Shown: positions 17,815 to 27,366 of the stretch, in pieces | Position numbering within the stretch: the stretch's first letter is position 1 | How the letters are laid out: each line of letters starts with the position of its first letter | From: Candidatus Brocadia sp. | GTDB lineage: Bacteria; Planctomycetota; Brocadiia; Brocadiales; Brocadiaceae | Length of the DNA stretch: 41,266 nucleotides | Reading direction: 5' to 3' | NCBI GenBank assembly: GCA_030837935.1 | Contig: JAUQXU010000041.1 | Span: 1 to 41,266 of the forward strand | Translations under genes and position numbers: made by a program | Notes under the pieces: generated by a model | What the model saw: the letters and a program-made list of their open reading frames with translations, nothing else | What the model was told of the DNA's origin: nothing | Database searches by the model: none

Positions 17815-18816
17815 ATGAAATTTATTACTGTTACATGCATTGCCTTATTTATGTTCATAAAGATGTCTTATGCGGGAAATGAGGTGGTTGTTTATACATC
17901 GGAAGACAAGATCTTTTCAGAACCCGTTCTTCAGCAATTCGAAAAGAAGACGGGAATAAAGATTAGGGTTATCTATGATACGGAAGAGACCAAGAGCACA
18001 GGATTGGTCAATCGTTTGATTGCAGAGAAAAACAATCCACAGGCCGATGTATTTTGGAGTGGAGAGCCAGTACGCCCTGTTTTGCTTAAGATTAAGGGGT
18101 TAACAACACCCTATGTTTCCAGCGCTGCAGCCGACATCTCAAAGATATACAAGGACACCGAAGGACATTGGACTGGTTTTTCTGCACGGGCCCGTATCAT
18201 TCTTTATAATTCAAGCCTGGTAAGTATGGACGAAAGACCGTTGTCCATACTCGATCTTGCTAAACCCAGGTGGAGGGATCAAGTAGCCATAGCAAACCCA
18301 TTGTTTGGTACCACCTCAGTACACATGGCGGCCTTATTTATCATTTTGGGCGATGAAAAGGCCAGAAAATTTATGAATGATCTGAAAGCCAACGGGGTAA
18401 AGATTGTTTCTTCAAACAGTGAGGTAAGACGACTCGTAGCAAGGGGAGAGGTCAAGGTAGGTATTACCGATACGGACGATGCTAATGTAGCCGTTAGAGA
18501 GGGAAGTGCGGTAAAAATCGTATATCCAGATGAATCAGGTATGGGTACCCTTATTATGCCAAATATGGTTTGTCTCATAAAAAACAGCCCGAATCAGGAA
18601 AATGGGAAGAAATTGATTGATTATCTGGTCAGTAGTGAGGTTGAAAAAAGTCTGGCGTTTGCGATGTGTGCGCAGATGCCACTGAGACACTATGTGCAGA
18701 CACCTGCGGACGTGCTAACCATAGCCGCAATAAAAGGTATGGATATTAATTACCACGATGTTGCCGTAAAGCTGGATGAGATTAGTGCATTTCTTAAACA
18801 GTGGGCAGGATACTAG
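17815..18816 (+). CDS. ABC transporter substrate-binding protein, Fe(III)/AfuA-FbpA-like family
   Basis: VVVYTS, FEKKTGIK, RLIAEKNNPQADVFW, WTGFSARARII; GAGGTG RBS. Confidence 0.88.
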   Translation: MKFITVTCIALFMFIKMSYAGNEVVVYTSEDKIFSEPVLQQFEKKTGIKIRVIYDTEETKSTGLVNRLIAEKNNPQADVFWSGEPVRPVLLKIKGLTTPYVSSAAADISKIYKDTEGHWTGFSARARIILYNSSLVSMDERPLSILDLAKPRWRDQVAIANPLFGTTSVHMAALFIILGDEKARKFMNDLKANGVKIVSSNSEVRRLVARGEVKVGITDTDDANVAVREGSAVKIVYPDESGMGTLIMPNMVCLIKNSPNQENGKKLIDYLVSSEVEKSLAFAMCAQMPLRHYVQTPADVLTIAAIKGMDINYHDVAVKLDEISAFLKQWAGY

Positions 18817-20418
18817 ATGCAAAGAAAATTGACATTAGGTTTTTTCTTTGCGATATTCATCTGTTCAACATTCCTGCCGATTGCATGGATGTTTGGAAAC
18901 TCTATCTATGGAAATGGAAGACTTTCACTCGTTTATTACAATGATATTTTTTTAACTCAAAAATATGTAACGGTTATTTTCAATAGTCTTATACTCGCTT
19001 CCACCACGACCCTATTATCCGCACTCATAGGCATTCCTACGGGTTTTTTCCTGGCGAAAACCCATCTTCCCCTTAAAAATATTTTCAAAATATGTTTTTT
19101 CATACCATTGATTATACCCTCGTATATCACCGGTATTGCATGGGCAAACCTCCTGGGTAAAACGGGATTTTTGAACAACATTTTCTCTCAGTATACGTTG
19201 CTCCTACCCGAATCTATTTCAGATTTTATCTACAGTATCTATGGCGCCTCATTTATCCTCTCCATGAATCTCTTTCCTGTTGTGATGTTAATAGCTGAAT
19301 ATGCCTTAAAAAACGTAAATCATCGACTTGAGGAGAGCGGGTTGATTACGGGCAGCATCTTTCAGGTATTGCGAAGGATTACGTTACCCCTGATTGCCCC
19401 TGCCATTCTTTCCGGCATGATGATTGTTTTTGTGCTATCACTCTCTGAATTTGGCGTACCATCCCTGCTCCAGGTCAATGTCCTTACTACCCAGATATTT
19501 ACCCAATTTAGCGCCTTCTATAACGAGAAGGCAGCAACGGCTATTGCCTTCCCGCTTATAGTAATTACCATCGTCGTAATTATGTTGGAACAGGTTTATC
19601 TGCGGGGAAAATCTTTTGAGGTATTGGGAAGAACTTCGTCAAACAGTACGATACAATACAGCATTCCCTGGCTTAATACGGCTGGTATAACCTTTTGCAT
19701 CTTTGTTTTATCGCTGTGCGTCGTCATGCCCTTGATTACGCTCATTTTAAGTACTCAGCCAGTCTCTGCATATCACGATGCCTTCCTCCTGGCAAAAAAA
19801 AGTATCACAAACAGCGTCTTTTTTGGATCCATGGGGGCTACCCTTTTGACTCTTATGGGTTTCTTTTTGGGCTACCTTTGTGAAAAAATCCGATCCAGAT
19901 TGAAAAATAGTGCAGCAGTATTTATCTGGCTCTTCTTTGCCGTACCTGCAACGGTAACGGGTATTGGGCTCATCAAATTATGGAATAGGCCAGAAGGTTT
20001 ATTCCAATTCATCTATGGCTCTTTTTGGATCGTAATTATTGGGTATGTAGTTAGGTTTTCGCCGTTATCCGGCCGCATTATGGCAAATTATCTCAAACAA
20101 ATCCCATATTCCATGGAAGAAGCCGGCACCGTAACTGGCGCTTCATGGTTTAGAGTTTTAAGCAATATTTCCTTACCTTTACAAAGATACGGACTAGTCG
20201 CTACCTGGTTGATTTCCTTTATGTTTTGCATTGGCGAAGTGGGTACGACAATATTAGTATATCCACCTGGACATGAAACCCTTCCCATAGCTTTATTTAC
20301 CGTTATGGCAAATAGCCCGATGAACATCGTTTCTGCCCTTTCTATCATAATCGTTGCTATGACTTTATTACCTGTAGGAGTTTTTCTTGCAATCTCAAAA
20401 TATCTTGTGAAAATCTAA
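18817..20418 (+). CDS. ABC transporter permease, FbpB-like (two fused TM domains)
   Basis: Two EAA loops (LEESGLITG, MEEAGTVTGAS); ~12 TM helices. Confidence 0.9.
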   Translation: MQRKLTLGFFFAIFICSTFLPIAWMFGNSIYGNGRLSLVYYNDIFLTQKYVTVIFNSLILASTTTLLSALIGIPTGFFLAKTHLPLKNIFKICFFIPLIIPSYITGIAWANLLGKTGFLNNIFSQYTLLLPESISDFIYSIYGASFILSMNLFPVVMLIAEYALKNVNHRLEESGLITGSIFQVLRRITLPLIAPAILSGMMIVFVLSLSEFGVPSLLQVNVLTTQIFTQFSAFYNEKAATAIAFPLIVITIVVIMLEQVYLRGKSFEVLGRTSSNSTIQYSIPWLNTAGITFCIFVLSLCVVMPLITLILSTQPVSAYHDAFLLAKKSITNSVFFGSMGATLLTLMGFFLGYLCEKIRSRLKNSAAVFIWLFFAVPATVTGIGLIKLWNRPEGLFQFIYGSFWIVIIGYVVRFSPLSGRIMANYLKQIPYSMEEAGTVTGASWFRVLSNISLPLQRYGLVATWLISFMFCIGEVGTTILVYPPGHETLPIALFTVMANSPMNIVSALSIIIVAMTLLPVGVFLAISKYLVKI

Positions 20419-20431
20419 ATATATACGCCAC

Positions 20432-21460
20432 ATGAATGCCCTTGAAGTAAAAAATCTAAGAAAGAGTTTTAATAAAAAAGAGGTCGTAAAAGGCATTTCC
20501 TTTGATGTTGAAAAGGGGCAACTCCTGGCTTTATTAGGCCCCTCCGGGTGTGGCAAAACAACAACCATAAGGATGATTGCCGGTCTCGAGATGCCTGACG
20601 ATGGAGAGATCTTGATAGAAGGCATACTTGCAAGCCAGGGTCACAAAGCAACTATTTCTCAAAAACAACGGCATATCGGAATGATATTTCAAGACCTTGC
20701 ACTCTGGCCACACATGACAGTCTATGAAAATATTGAATTTGGATTAAAGGTAAACGGACTTGCAAAAGCTGAACGACAGAAAAGAATTGATGCCGTTTTG
20801 AACAAGGTCAAAATGCATAAATATGCCAAAGCATATCCTGCAAGACTCTCAGGTGGACAGCAGCAGTTGATTGCCATTGCACGGGCGATTGTGACAGAAC
20901 CCAAGTTGTTGCTTATGGATGAACCGTTATCGAATATCGATATAAAATTACGTGAGGATATCAGGCAAGAAATTAAACACATCCAACAAGAGACACAGAT
21001 TACCACTATTTACATAACTCACGATCAGGAAGATGCCTTTCTTTTGGCTAATAAGGTAGCAGTAATGAATGCAGGAATACTGGAACAGATAGGCAGTCCA
21101 GAAGAAATTTACTCTTCTCCGGCATCGCTTTTTGTAGCTGATTTTGTGGGAGAATCAAACGTTATCAATGTAAAAATTGTTGATAAGGGCAGGATATTAA
21201 CTCCATGGGGCGAATTAGCTTGCAATACAAAAGGCCAAGAGAGAGGAAATGCATTCCTCTTCTTCAGGCCTCATTATGTAAAGATTGAGAAGGGTGGTTA
21301 TGGTGACGGTGTAATTATAAACCGGAACTTTTTAGGGGAAGGGTACAAGTATCGTATTTCAACTTCCGGTGGAGAAATTAAATTGCACGTTCGTGAGATT
21401 TATGAGATAGGTCAATCTGTAAGATTCTCTGTCAAAAGAATGGAAATCTTGTTTTGTTAA
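20432..21460 (+). CDS. ABC transporter ATP-binding protein, FbpC/PotA-like
   Basis: Walker A GPSGCGKT, LSGGQQQ, LLMDEP, ITHDQEDA, TOBE-like C-terminus. Confidence 0.93.
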   Translation: MNALEVKNLRKSFNKKEVVKGISFDVEKGQLLALLGPSGCGKTTTIRMIAGLEMPDDGEILIEGILASQGHKATISQKQRHIGMIFQDLALWPHMTVYENIEFGLKVNGLAKAERQKRIDAVLNKVKMHKYAKAYPARLSGGQQQLIAIARAIVTEPKLLLMDEPLSNIDIKLREDIRQEIKHIQQETQITTIYITHDQEDAFLLANKVAVMNAGILEQIGSPEEIYSSPASLFVADFVGESNVINVKIVDKGRILTPWGELACNTKGQERGNAFLFFRPHYVKIEKGGYGDGVIINRNFLGEGYKYRISTSGGEIKLHVREIYEIGQSVRFSVKRMEILFC

Positions 21461-21464
21461 AATA

Positions 21465-22097
21465 TTAAAAAAACGGATTATATTGTTTCTCTTCGCCTAT
21501 GGTAGTAAATGTTCCATGCCCTGGGTAAACAATTACGTGGTCGTCTAAGGTAAACAAACGCGTCTTTATCGAATTTATTATCTTATCATAAGAACCGCCA
21601 TAGAGATCCGTTCTTCCAATCGAACCTGCAAAGAGCGTATCTCCAACAAATACCGCATCGTTGATGAGAAAACATACGCTACCAGGAGAATGCCCCGGGG
21701 TGTGTATAACTCGTATAACTTCATCTCCTATAAGCACCTCTTCCTTATCAACAAGCGGTATGTCCACCTTTGGGATTGGAATAGAGGGCAATCCAAAGGC
21801 CTCCGTTTGATTATTAAGATACTTAAGAAGTACAATATCTTCTTGATGCAGGAGAAACTTTGCGCCAGTCAAATCTTGCAAGGGTCGTACGCCACCCACA
21901 TGATCAAAATGGGCGTGTGTGTTTATAATGAACTGTAAGGTGAGGTTATGTTTCTTTAATGTATTAAGGATTTCCTCATGGTCTCCGCCAGCATCAATGA
22001 CTATTGCTTTGTTGTCTTTCTTAGAGCCAATAATATAGCAATTTACGGCCAGAGAACCAACGGTTAGTGTTTCAAAGATTATATCAGGTAATTTCAT
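21465..22097 (-). CDS. MBL-fold metallo-hydrolase (glyoxalase II-like)
   Basis: THAHFDH, HTPGHSPG, GDTLFAGSIGRTD, YPGHG. Confidence 0.93.
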   Translation of the reverse strand: MKLPDIIFETLTVGSLAVNCYIIGSKKDNKAIVIDAGGDHEEILNTLKKHNLTLQFIINTHAHFDHVGGVRPLQDLTGAKFLLHQEDIVLLKYLNNQTEAFGLPSIPIPKVDIPLVDKEEVLIGDEVIRVIHTPGHSPGSVCFLINDAVFVGDTLFAGSIGRTDLYGGSYDKIINSIKTRLFTLDDHVIVYPGHGTFTTIGEEKQYNPFF

Positions 22098-22339
22098 GCG
22101 TTATTAAATTTGATTTTGCAGTAGTATTGAAGTGCTCTTTTATTAAAAGTCTCATTTTCTATAGATTTTTTCACATCTATCGTTTCTCTCGCAAATGTAC
22201 TGTGACAATTCCTGCAGCACCACAATTCATGATTTTCGAATAACCCCTTTTGCTTTTGCAGGCCGATAAATATGAAGGTATTGCCCTTACAATGAGGGCA
22301 AACAAACTCCGCCGGCGTATTATTTTCTTTAATTACCAT
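22094..22339 (-). CDS. Small zinc-ribbon protein
   Basis: CPHC...CRNC; AGAGGAAGG RBS; ATGA overlap with the MBL gene. Confidence 0.65.
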   Translation of the reverse strand: MVIKENNTPAEFVCPHCKGNTFIFIGLQKQKGLFENHELWCCRNCHSTFARETIDVKKSIENETFNKRALQYYCKIKFNNA

Positions 22340-22382
22340 AATCTATACCCTTCCTCTAATTCGTATTTATATTTTGACGAGA

Positions 22383-22544
22383 TTAATTTGGATTTATTAT
22401 GTCATTGTTGTTGCGAGAATCTCGTTTTTTATTACGATTACGAGGTTTTAAATCCATCGATGCCTTTCCCCCACTGTAACAATCATCACATGCATCGGGA
22501 TATTCCTGGCAATGCGAGCAATCATGCTTAAAATGCTTTCTCAT
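22383..22544 (-). CDS. Small 53-aa Cys-rich protein
   Basis: MRKHFKHDCSHCQEYPDACDDCY; AGGAG RBS upstream of the ATG at 22544. Confidence 0.55.
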   Translation of the reverse strand: MRKHFKHDCSHCQEYPDACDDCYSGGKASMDLKPRNRNKKRDSRNNNDIINPN

Positions 22545-22962
22545 GATAAACGTTCTCCTGCTTTTTAAAATATAATTGTCTTTGCCGATAATACTCATAT
22601 GAATGAGCATGCTCCAGAAACAGTTTATAATTTGTATATTTTATCCATATTTCAAACTCTTGAAGCCCTTTACCGAAGTCATGGACAGAGGTGTCATCCT
22701 GTTGATTAACAATATTAACACTTTTCATTAGAAAACAATAATAAGCGGAAAATTGTTTCTCTCAAAATGACTCTAAGGTTAACTGGTCCGATTGTAACAG
22801 AGAGAAATACGCAGCTAATATCACCCGAATATATTGCTTTTTTTCTGAGCTATCTCAATATCCTTTTTTCTGTGACTTTTATCGCAATTTTTTATATTAT
22901 TAATAGTATAGAAAAAGTAGTATTATTATCGGTTTTCAACTGAGGAAATTTAGGAATATTTT

Positions 22963-23889
22963 ATGAGCTTTATCCCAAAACAACACCTGGAAATTGGCAA
23001 TTATATAAAATACATAGATGAAATCCTCCATAAGTGCGACAAGGGGGTCGAATACTGCAAGATTTGTCCCAATGAATTCGTATGTTCTGAATTGGAAAAG
23101 GACGACTTCGGTTTGAATGGTGCAACCATATCAGACGTACTAACTGCCATCCAATATGCCCTCAATAAGGTCCCTGGATATCTAAACCCCGGCAAAAGGA
23201 ATGAACTCAGAGATCATATTAAAAGCTACATCAATGAATCCCCCCTTCATGAAAGGAAGGTTTGGGAAAATAGCGTCCTGGACATCTTGCTTGATGACAA
23301 GCTTGCTAATCCGGGATATAAACCCAAAGCAAAAATAGGTGAGATCAGAACGCTCCTCACCTATAATTCAAAGATTAGCTTTTCCACCACCTTGAAATGT
23401 TTATGCCTGGAAAATGCAACCACCTTAGGAGATACGAGAGCAAGTTTGAGTGGGGAGATTTTTTTAAATAGCATTATGGTGGTAAACCAATTTGTCCGGT
23501 CTAGACACCCCGACACGATAATTCTCCCCCCCACAACTCGTATAAAACATCGTCTTGAAGAGGGAATGGCGGATTTAGTCCCAGGGTGTAAGCTATACGA
23601 TATCGGACTTCCGGCTGCTTTATGTTATTACGCTATGCTTACAAAGCAACCTATCCCAACAAACATTATTGTAACGGGTGGATTAGACAGTCATGGAAGG
23701 GCATTGCAGGTAGAATTTCTCGATGGCAAAATAGAAACAGTTTTAAGGGAATTGCATTTTATAGACAAAATCATTATCCCCAAAGGCGCTTCGTGGAGCA
23801 TTCCTATTCCTGATAATACAAAAATGATTGAAGTTAATACCTTTGAACAAACAATACAGATGGTATTCAGAAATGACATGGCAATTTAA
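22963..23889 (+). CDS. Protein with C-terminal Lon_C/RadA-like domain and Cys-rich N-terminus
   Basis: YDIGLPAAL..LTKQPIPTNIIVTGGLDSHGRALQVEFLDGKI..KIIIP..IEVNTFEQ; no Walker A motif. Confidence 0.65.
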   Translation: MSFIPKQHLEIGNYIKYIDEILHKCDKGVEYCKICPNEFVCSELEKDDFGLNGATISDVLTAIQYALNKVPGYLNPGKRNELRDHIKSYINESPLHERKVWENSVLDILLDDKLANPGYKPKAKIGEIRTLLTYNSKISFSTTLKCLCLENATTLGDTRASLSGEIFLNSIMVVNQFVRSRHPDTIILPPTTRIKHRLEEGMADLVPGCKLYDIGLPAALCYYAMLTKQPIPTNIIVTGGLDSHGRALQVEFLDGKIETVLRELHFIDKIIIPKGASWSIPIPDNTKMIEVNTFEQTIQMVFRNDMAI

Positions 23890-23978
23890 CCTCGAAAACT
23901 TTACTCTTGTAAAACGAGTTTTTAATTGCAAGATTATGAATGTCCATGACAAATAATTATACGATGAAGGGTTTATGA

Positions 23979-24431
23979 ATGTTAAAACGGTTTTTCGCTA
24001 TCTTACTATTTTTGCTGCTGATCATTGGGATAGGGATTGATAAAGCTCGTGCGGATACAGGAAGAACTTCGGTCAAAAAAATTCAGTACTCCCAAAGCCC
24101 GTCGATCGACATAGATCACCGCCCTGATACAGAGGATATATTAAGAACTCCATTTAATAAAATTGAGTATTTAACAAGCCAGGTAACCGGCATAGGACAT
24201 GGCCGTCCTGGTACTGAGGGGTTTCTTAATGCCGAGATTCTGTTCAAACTCAAGGACGATAGTAATATATACGGGTTTAGCTTAGTATTTTCAGACGCAC
24301 GTGGGCATGGAACTAGTAAGGCAATGTTTGACACACTTTTGGCTGCGCTTGTAAACGACCTAAAGGTGGAAATCCTTTATTATAAAAAGGATGGGGCAAA
24401 ACAAATTGTAAGAGTTACTGTTAAAAAATAG
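23979..24431 (+). CDS. Exported hypothetical protein
   Basis: Signal peptide ending ARA-D; purine-rich RBS; no family recognised with certainty. Confidence 0.7.
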   Translation: MLKRFFAILLFLLLIIGIGIDKARADTGRTSVKKIQYSQSPSIDIDHRPDTEDILRTPFNKIEYLTSQVTGIGHGRPGTEGFLNAEILFKLKDDSNIYGFSLVFSDARGHGTSKAMFDTLLAALVNDLKVEILYYKKDGAKQIVRVTVKK

Positions 24432-24490
24432 GAAGCAACTTATTGTAATCAATAATTTGCTTTCGACAAGGTAATTACAAGGAAGCCATC

Positions 24491-25195
24491 ATGATTAACC
24501 GTTCATTAAACTATGGCAGACACCTTATTAAAAAATTCCTGGCATCAGCCGGTCAATATCAAACAGTCCTGGATATTGGGGCTGGATGTGGAGATGATTT
24601 AATGCTTGCAAGAATGATCAATCAAAAGGCGGTTCTTCATGCTATTGAAGTTTCTTCAGAAAATGCGCGTAAATTAGCCCAGAAAAATATTATTGTGTAT
24701 TCCATTGATATTGAGAAAGACCTCTTCCCTTTTTCTGATAGTTCAGTAGATGTCATTATTGCTAATCAAGTTTTGGAGCACTCAAAAGAAATCTTTTGGA
24801 TATTCCATGAGATTACACGCGTTTTGCGCGTTGGTGGTAAAATTATTGTTGGTGTGCCAAATTTGGCGGCGCTGCACAATAGAATTTTACTTGTATTTGG
24901 TAAGCAACCGAGTTCTATAAAAACTGCTTCTGCTCATATAAGAGGATTTACGAAGGAAGATATTTTAAAATTTATTGAAAGTTGTTTTCCTGGTGGTTAC
25001 AAACTTAAAGCTTTTAATGGAAGTAATTTTTACCCTTTCCCACCCCTGATTGCAAAACCCCTCGCCAGTATCTTTCCTACCATGGCATGGGGAATATTTT
25101 TCATGCTTGAAAAGCAAAGAGAATATAAAAAAGGTTTCTTAGATTTTCCTGAAACTGAGCGGTTAGAAACCAATTATTATAGAGGTAAAATATGA
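24491..25195 (+). CDS. Class I SAM-dependent methyltransferase
   Basis: VLDIGAGCG, FPFSDSSVDVIIANQVLEH, RVLRVGG, VPN. Confidence 0.9.
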   Translation: MINRSLNYGRHLIKKFLASAGQYQTVLDIGAGCGDDLMLARMINQKAVLHAIEVSSENARKLAQKNIIVYSIDIEKDLFPFSDSSVDVIIANQVLEHSKEIFWIFHEITRVLRVGGKIIVGVPNLAALHNRILLVFGKQPSSIKTASAHIRGFTKEDILKFIESCFPGGYKLKAFNGSNFYPFPPLIAKPLASIFPTMAWGIFFMLEKQREYKKGFLDFPETERLETNYYRGKI

Positions 25196-25379
25196 AAACC
25201 GATCTTAAATCATATAATTTATACGTACTCCCCCGTTTGCCCCCCACTACGTAAATCATGCAATGGTATGTTCGTATAAATCAATTTATAATCTTTTGTT
25301 CTTATACAGCGGAGTTTGATTTTTTCCTTCTCTTTCGTACCTTGATACCCGCCCATGACCGTTTCACAAAACTCAAAAA

Positions 25380-25478
25380 GAAGTCAGAAGTCAAATTCAC
25401 CAGTCAGAATGGAGGAACCTCGACCTTTATTCTACTATGCCCTTTCATTCTGAATGCTGGCTCCTGACTCCTGATTTT
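25380..25478. repeat. Degenerate heptamer repeats (AGTCAGA / CCTGACT), inverted arms
   Basis: gaagtcagaagtcaaattcaccagtcagaat ... attctgaatgctggctcctgactcctgatt. Confidence 0.55.
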
Positions 25479-25518
25479 CCCAAGAAATTGAAGAAAATAA
25501 GTTTTTGGTAGATTCTTA

Positions 25519-27000
25519 CTATAACTTCACCGTCAGTCCCTGGGCCATCTTGATTTCCTTTGCATGGTTGACCGTCCACGCAGTACGGTGCGTCACTACA
25601 TCAATCAGCGTACTTGCCGATGGTAATCCCGTCCCGCTCTTCTTAACGCCACCAAAAGGCAAATGCACCTCAGCCCCAATCGTGGGCAGATTTACATAGC
25701 CAAGACCATATTCACAGTCATCCCGTATCCTCCTCGCATTCCGGAAATCCTCGGTAATTACCGCACTGGCAAGACCGTAGTCTGTGTCGTTATGCACTTC
25801 GATAGCGTCGTCTATATCTTTTACCGGAATAATTGCAACATGTGGCCCAAAAACTTCCTCGTGGAGTACCCGACTCTTCGGATTGTTTTCCATCCGATAC
25901 ACAAAGGGGGACATAAAATAACCCTTTTTATATTCATCTCCTGTAAGTCTCCCTCCATCCAGCAACACCTTTGCACCCTCCTTTTTGGCCAGATCATTAT
26001 ATCGTGTAATCTTTTCGGTTGCCGCCTGGTTAATCACAGGACCCATAAATACTCCTTCATCCAATGGGTCACCAATCTTTATTCTCCTGGTTGTCTCAAC
26101 AAATCTCCTTTCAAATTCAGACAATACCTTCTCGTGGACAATGAATCGGCTTGCAGAGGTACATCTCTGTCCCGATGTCTTAAAGGCACTGATAATAGCT
26201 GCATTTACGGCAATGTCCAAATTGGCATCATCAAGGACAATTAAGGCATTTTTCCCTCCCATTTCACAGGCGCACATCTTATCATAAGATCCAGCAACAA
26301 TTTTCTTGATTTCTGACCCCACATCATTGGAACCGACAAATAGGACTACGTGGGTATCTGGATGTTTCACCAGCAAATCCCCACACCCTCCCTGTACAAC
26401 GTTAATGACACCCGGTGGAAAACCCGCCTTATGTGCATATTCAGCAATCTTATTTGCGGTACACGCCGTTTCCCTCGAAGGCTTGAGAATAACCGTGTTT
26501 CCTTCCACAACCGAAGGACAGATCAACCACAAGGGAATGGCGAAAGGAAAATTCCAGGGTGTAATCGCCGCGACAACACCCTTTGGTTTCCTGCGCATGA
26601 ATGCGTCTTTTTCCGGAATCTCAGAATCGATCACATCACCATGAGGCATTCTCACGGTACCGAATACATATTGGCACATGTGAATGCCTTCAGTAACATC
26701 AGCACGCCCTTCGATAATCCCCTTTCCACATTCTTTTGTTACGAGCCGGGATATTTCCTCACGATCTTTTTTCAGGAGTTGGGTAAATTCGTCCAAGTAC
26801 TCACCGCGTTTAATACGGGACAAACGCCTCCAACCCTCATAAGCAGCCTTTGCAGCGCTAACAGCGTTATTGACATCCTGTTCCGAAGAAAGTGGAAATG
26901 TCCCCAATACTTCCTCAAAATTGGCAGGATTTCTGCTTTCAAATTTCTCGCCAGAACTACCATTCACAAATGCCCCATTGATATAATTTTTCCCTTCCAT
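25519..27000 (-). CDS. Aldehyde dehydrogenase family protein
   Basis: ITPWNFP, EMGGKN, GQRCT (catalytic Cys), EEVFGP, PFGGVKKSG; GGGAG RBS. Confidence 0.96.
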   Translation of the reverse strand: MEGKNYINGAFVNGSSGEKFESRNPANFEEVLGTFPLSSEQDVNNAVSAAKAAYEGWRRLSRIKRGEYLDEFTQLLKKDREEISRLVTKECGKGIIEGRADVTEGIHMCQYVFGTVRMPHGDVIDSEIPEKDAFMRRKPKGVVAAITPWNFPFAIPLWLICPSVVEGNTVILKPSRETACTANKIAEYAHKAGFPPGVINVVQGGCGDLLVKHPDTHVVLFVGSNDVGSEIKKIVAGSYDKMCACEMGGKNALIVLDDANLDIAVNAAIISAFKTSGQRCTSASRFIVHEKVLSEFERRFVETTRRIKIGDPLDEGVFMGPVINQAATEKITRYNDLAKKEGAKVLLDGGRLTGDEYKKGYFMSPFVYRMENNPKSRVLHEEVFGPHVAIIPVKDIDDAIEVHNDTDYGLASAVITEDFRNARRIRDDCEYGLGYVNLPTIGAEVHLPFGGVKKSGTGLPSASTLIDVVTHRTAWTVNHAKEIKMAQGLTVKL

Positions 27001-27146
27001 AGTTCATCTCCCTCCCCTAATAACATTCATAAAGAATTTTACCTTCACACCAGAGGTTTTATTTAATTTTGATCTCAAAAAACAGCTCTGTCTCACTTAA
27101 AACTGCCATGAGTTTTCGCCGCCCTACTGAATAAATAATTTATCTC

Positions 27147-27175
27147 ACTATAGCACACGCACAAAGGTGAGTCAA
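27147..27175 (-). promoter_or_regulatory. Sigma70-type promoter for the aldehyde dehydrogenase gene
   Basis: Minus strand TTGACT-17 nt-TATAGT with extended -10 TG. Confidence 0.65.
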
Positions 27176-27275
27176 TTTAAGTTTGGTTCCTCAGCATGAA
27201 TTACCCGGTAAATAATATTATACAAACCAAACGGCTTTTATGTTTTTAAAATGGTCGTATTAAAGAAGAGATGAC

Positions 27276-27304
27276 TTGATTCTATTTCCGAAACAACGTA
27301 AAAT
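27276..27304 (+). promoter_or_regulatory. Divergent sigma70-type promoter for the 27367 gene
   Basis: TTGATT-17 nt-TAAAAT. Confidence 0.5.
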
Positions 27305-27366
27305 GTCGCAGAATTTATGAGACGTAATAGATAACAGCTTTCTGAATTATCCAAAATAATACGGTA

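Noticed and set aside
26350-27066. Long antisense ORFs (this one, 1650-2228, 9112-9699, 25663-26244, 39595-40101 and others)
   Set aside because: Shadows of supported genes on the opposite strand, with no motifs or RBS.
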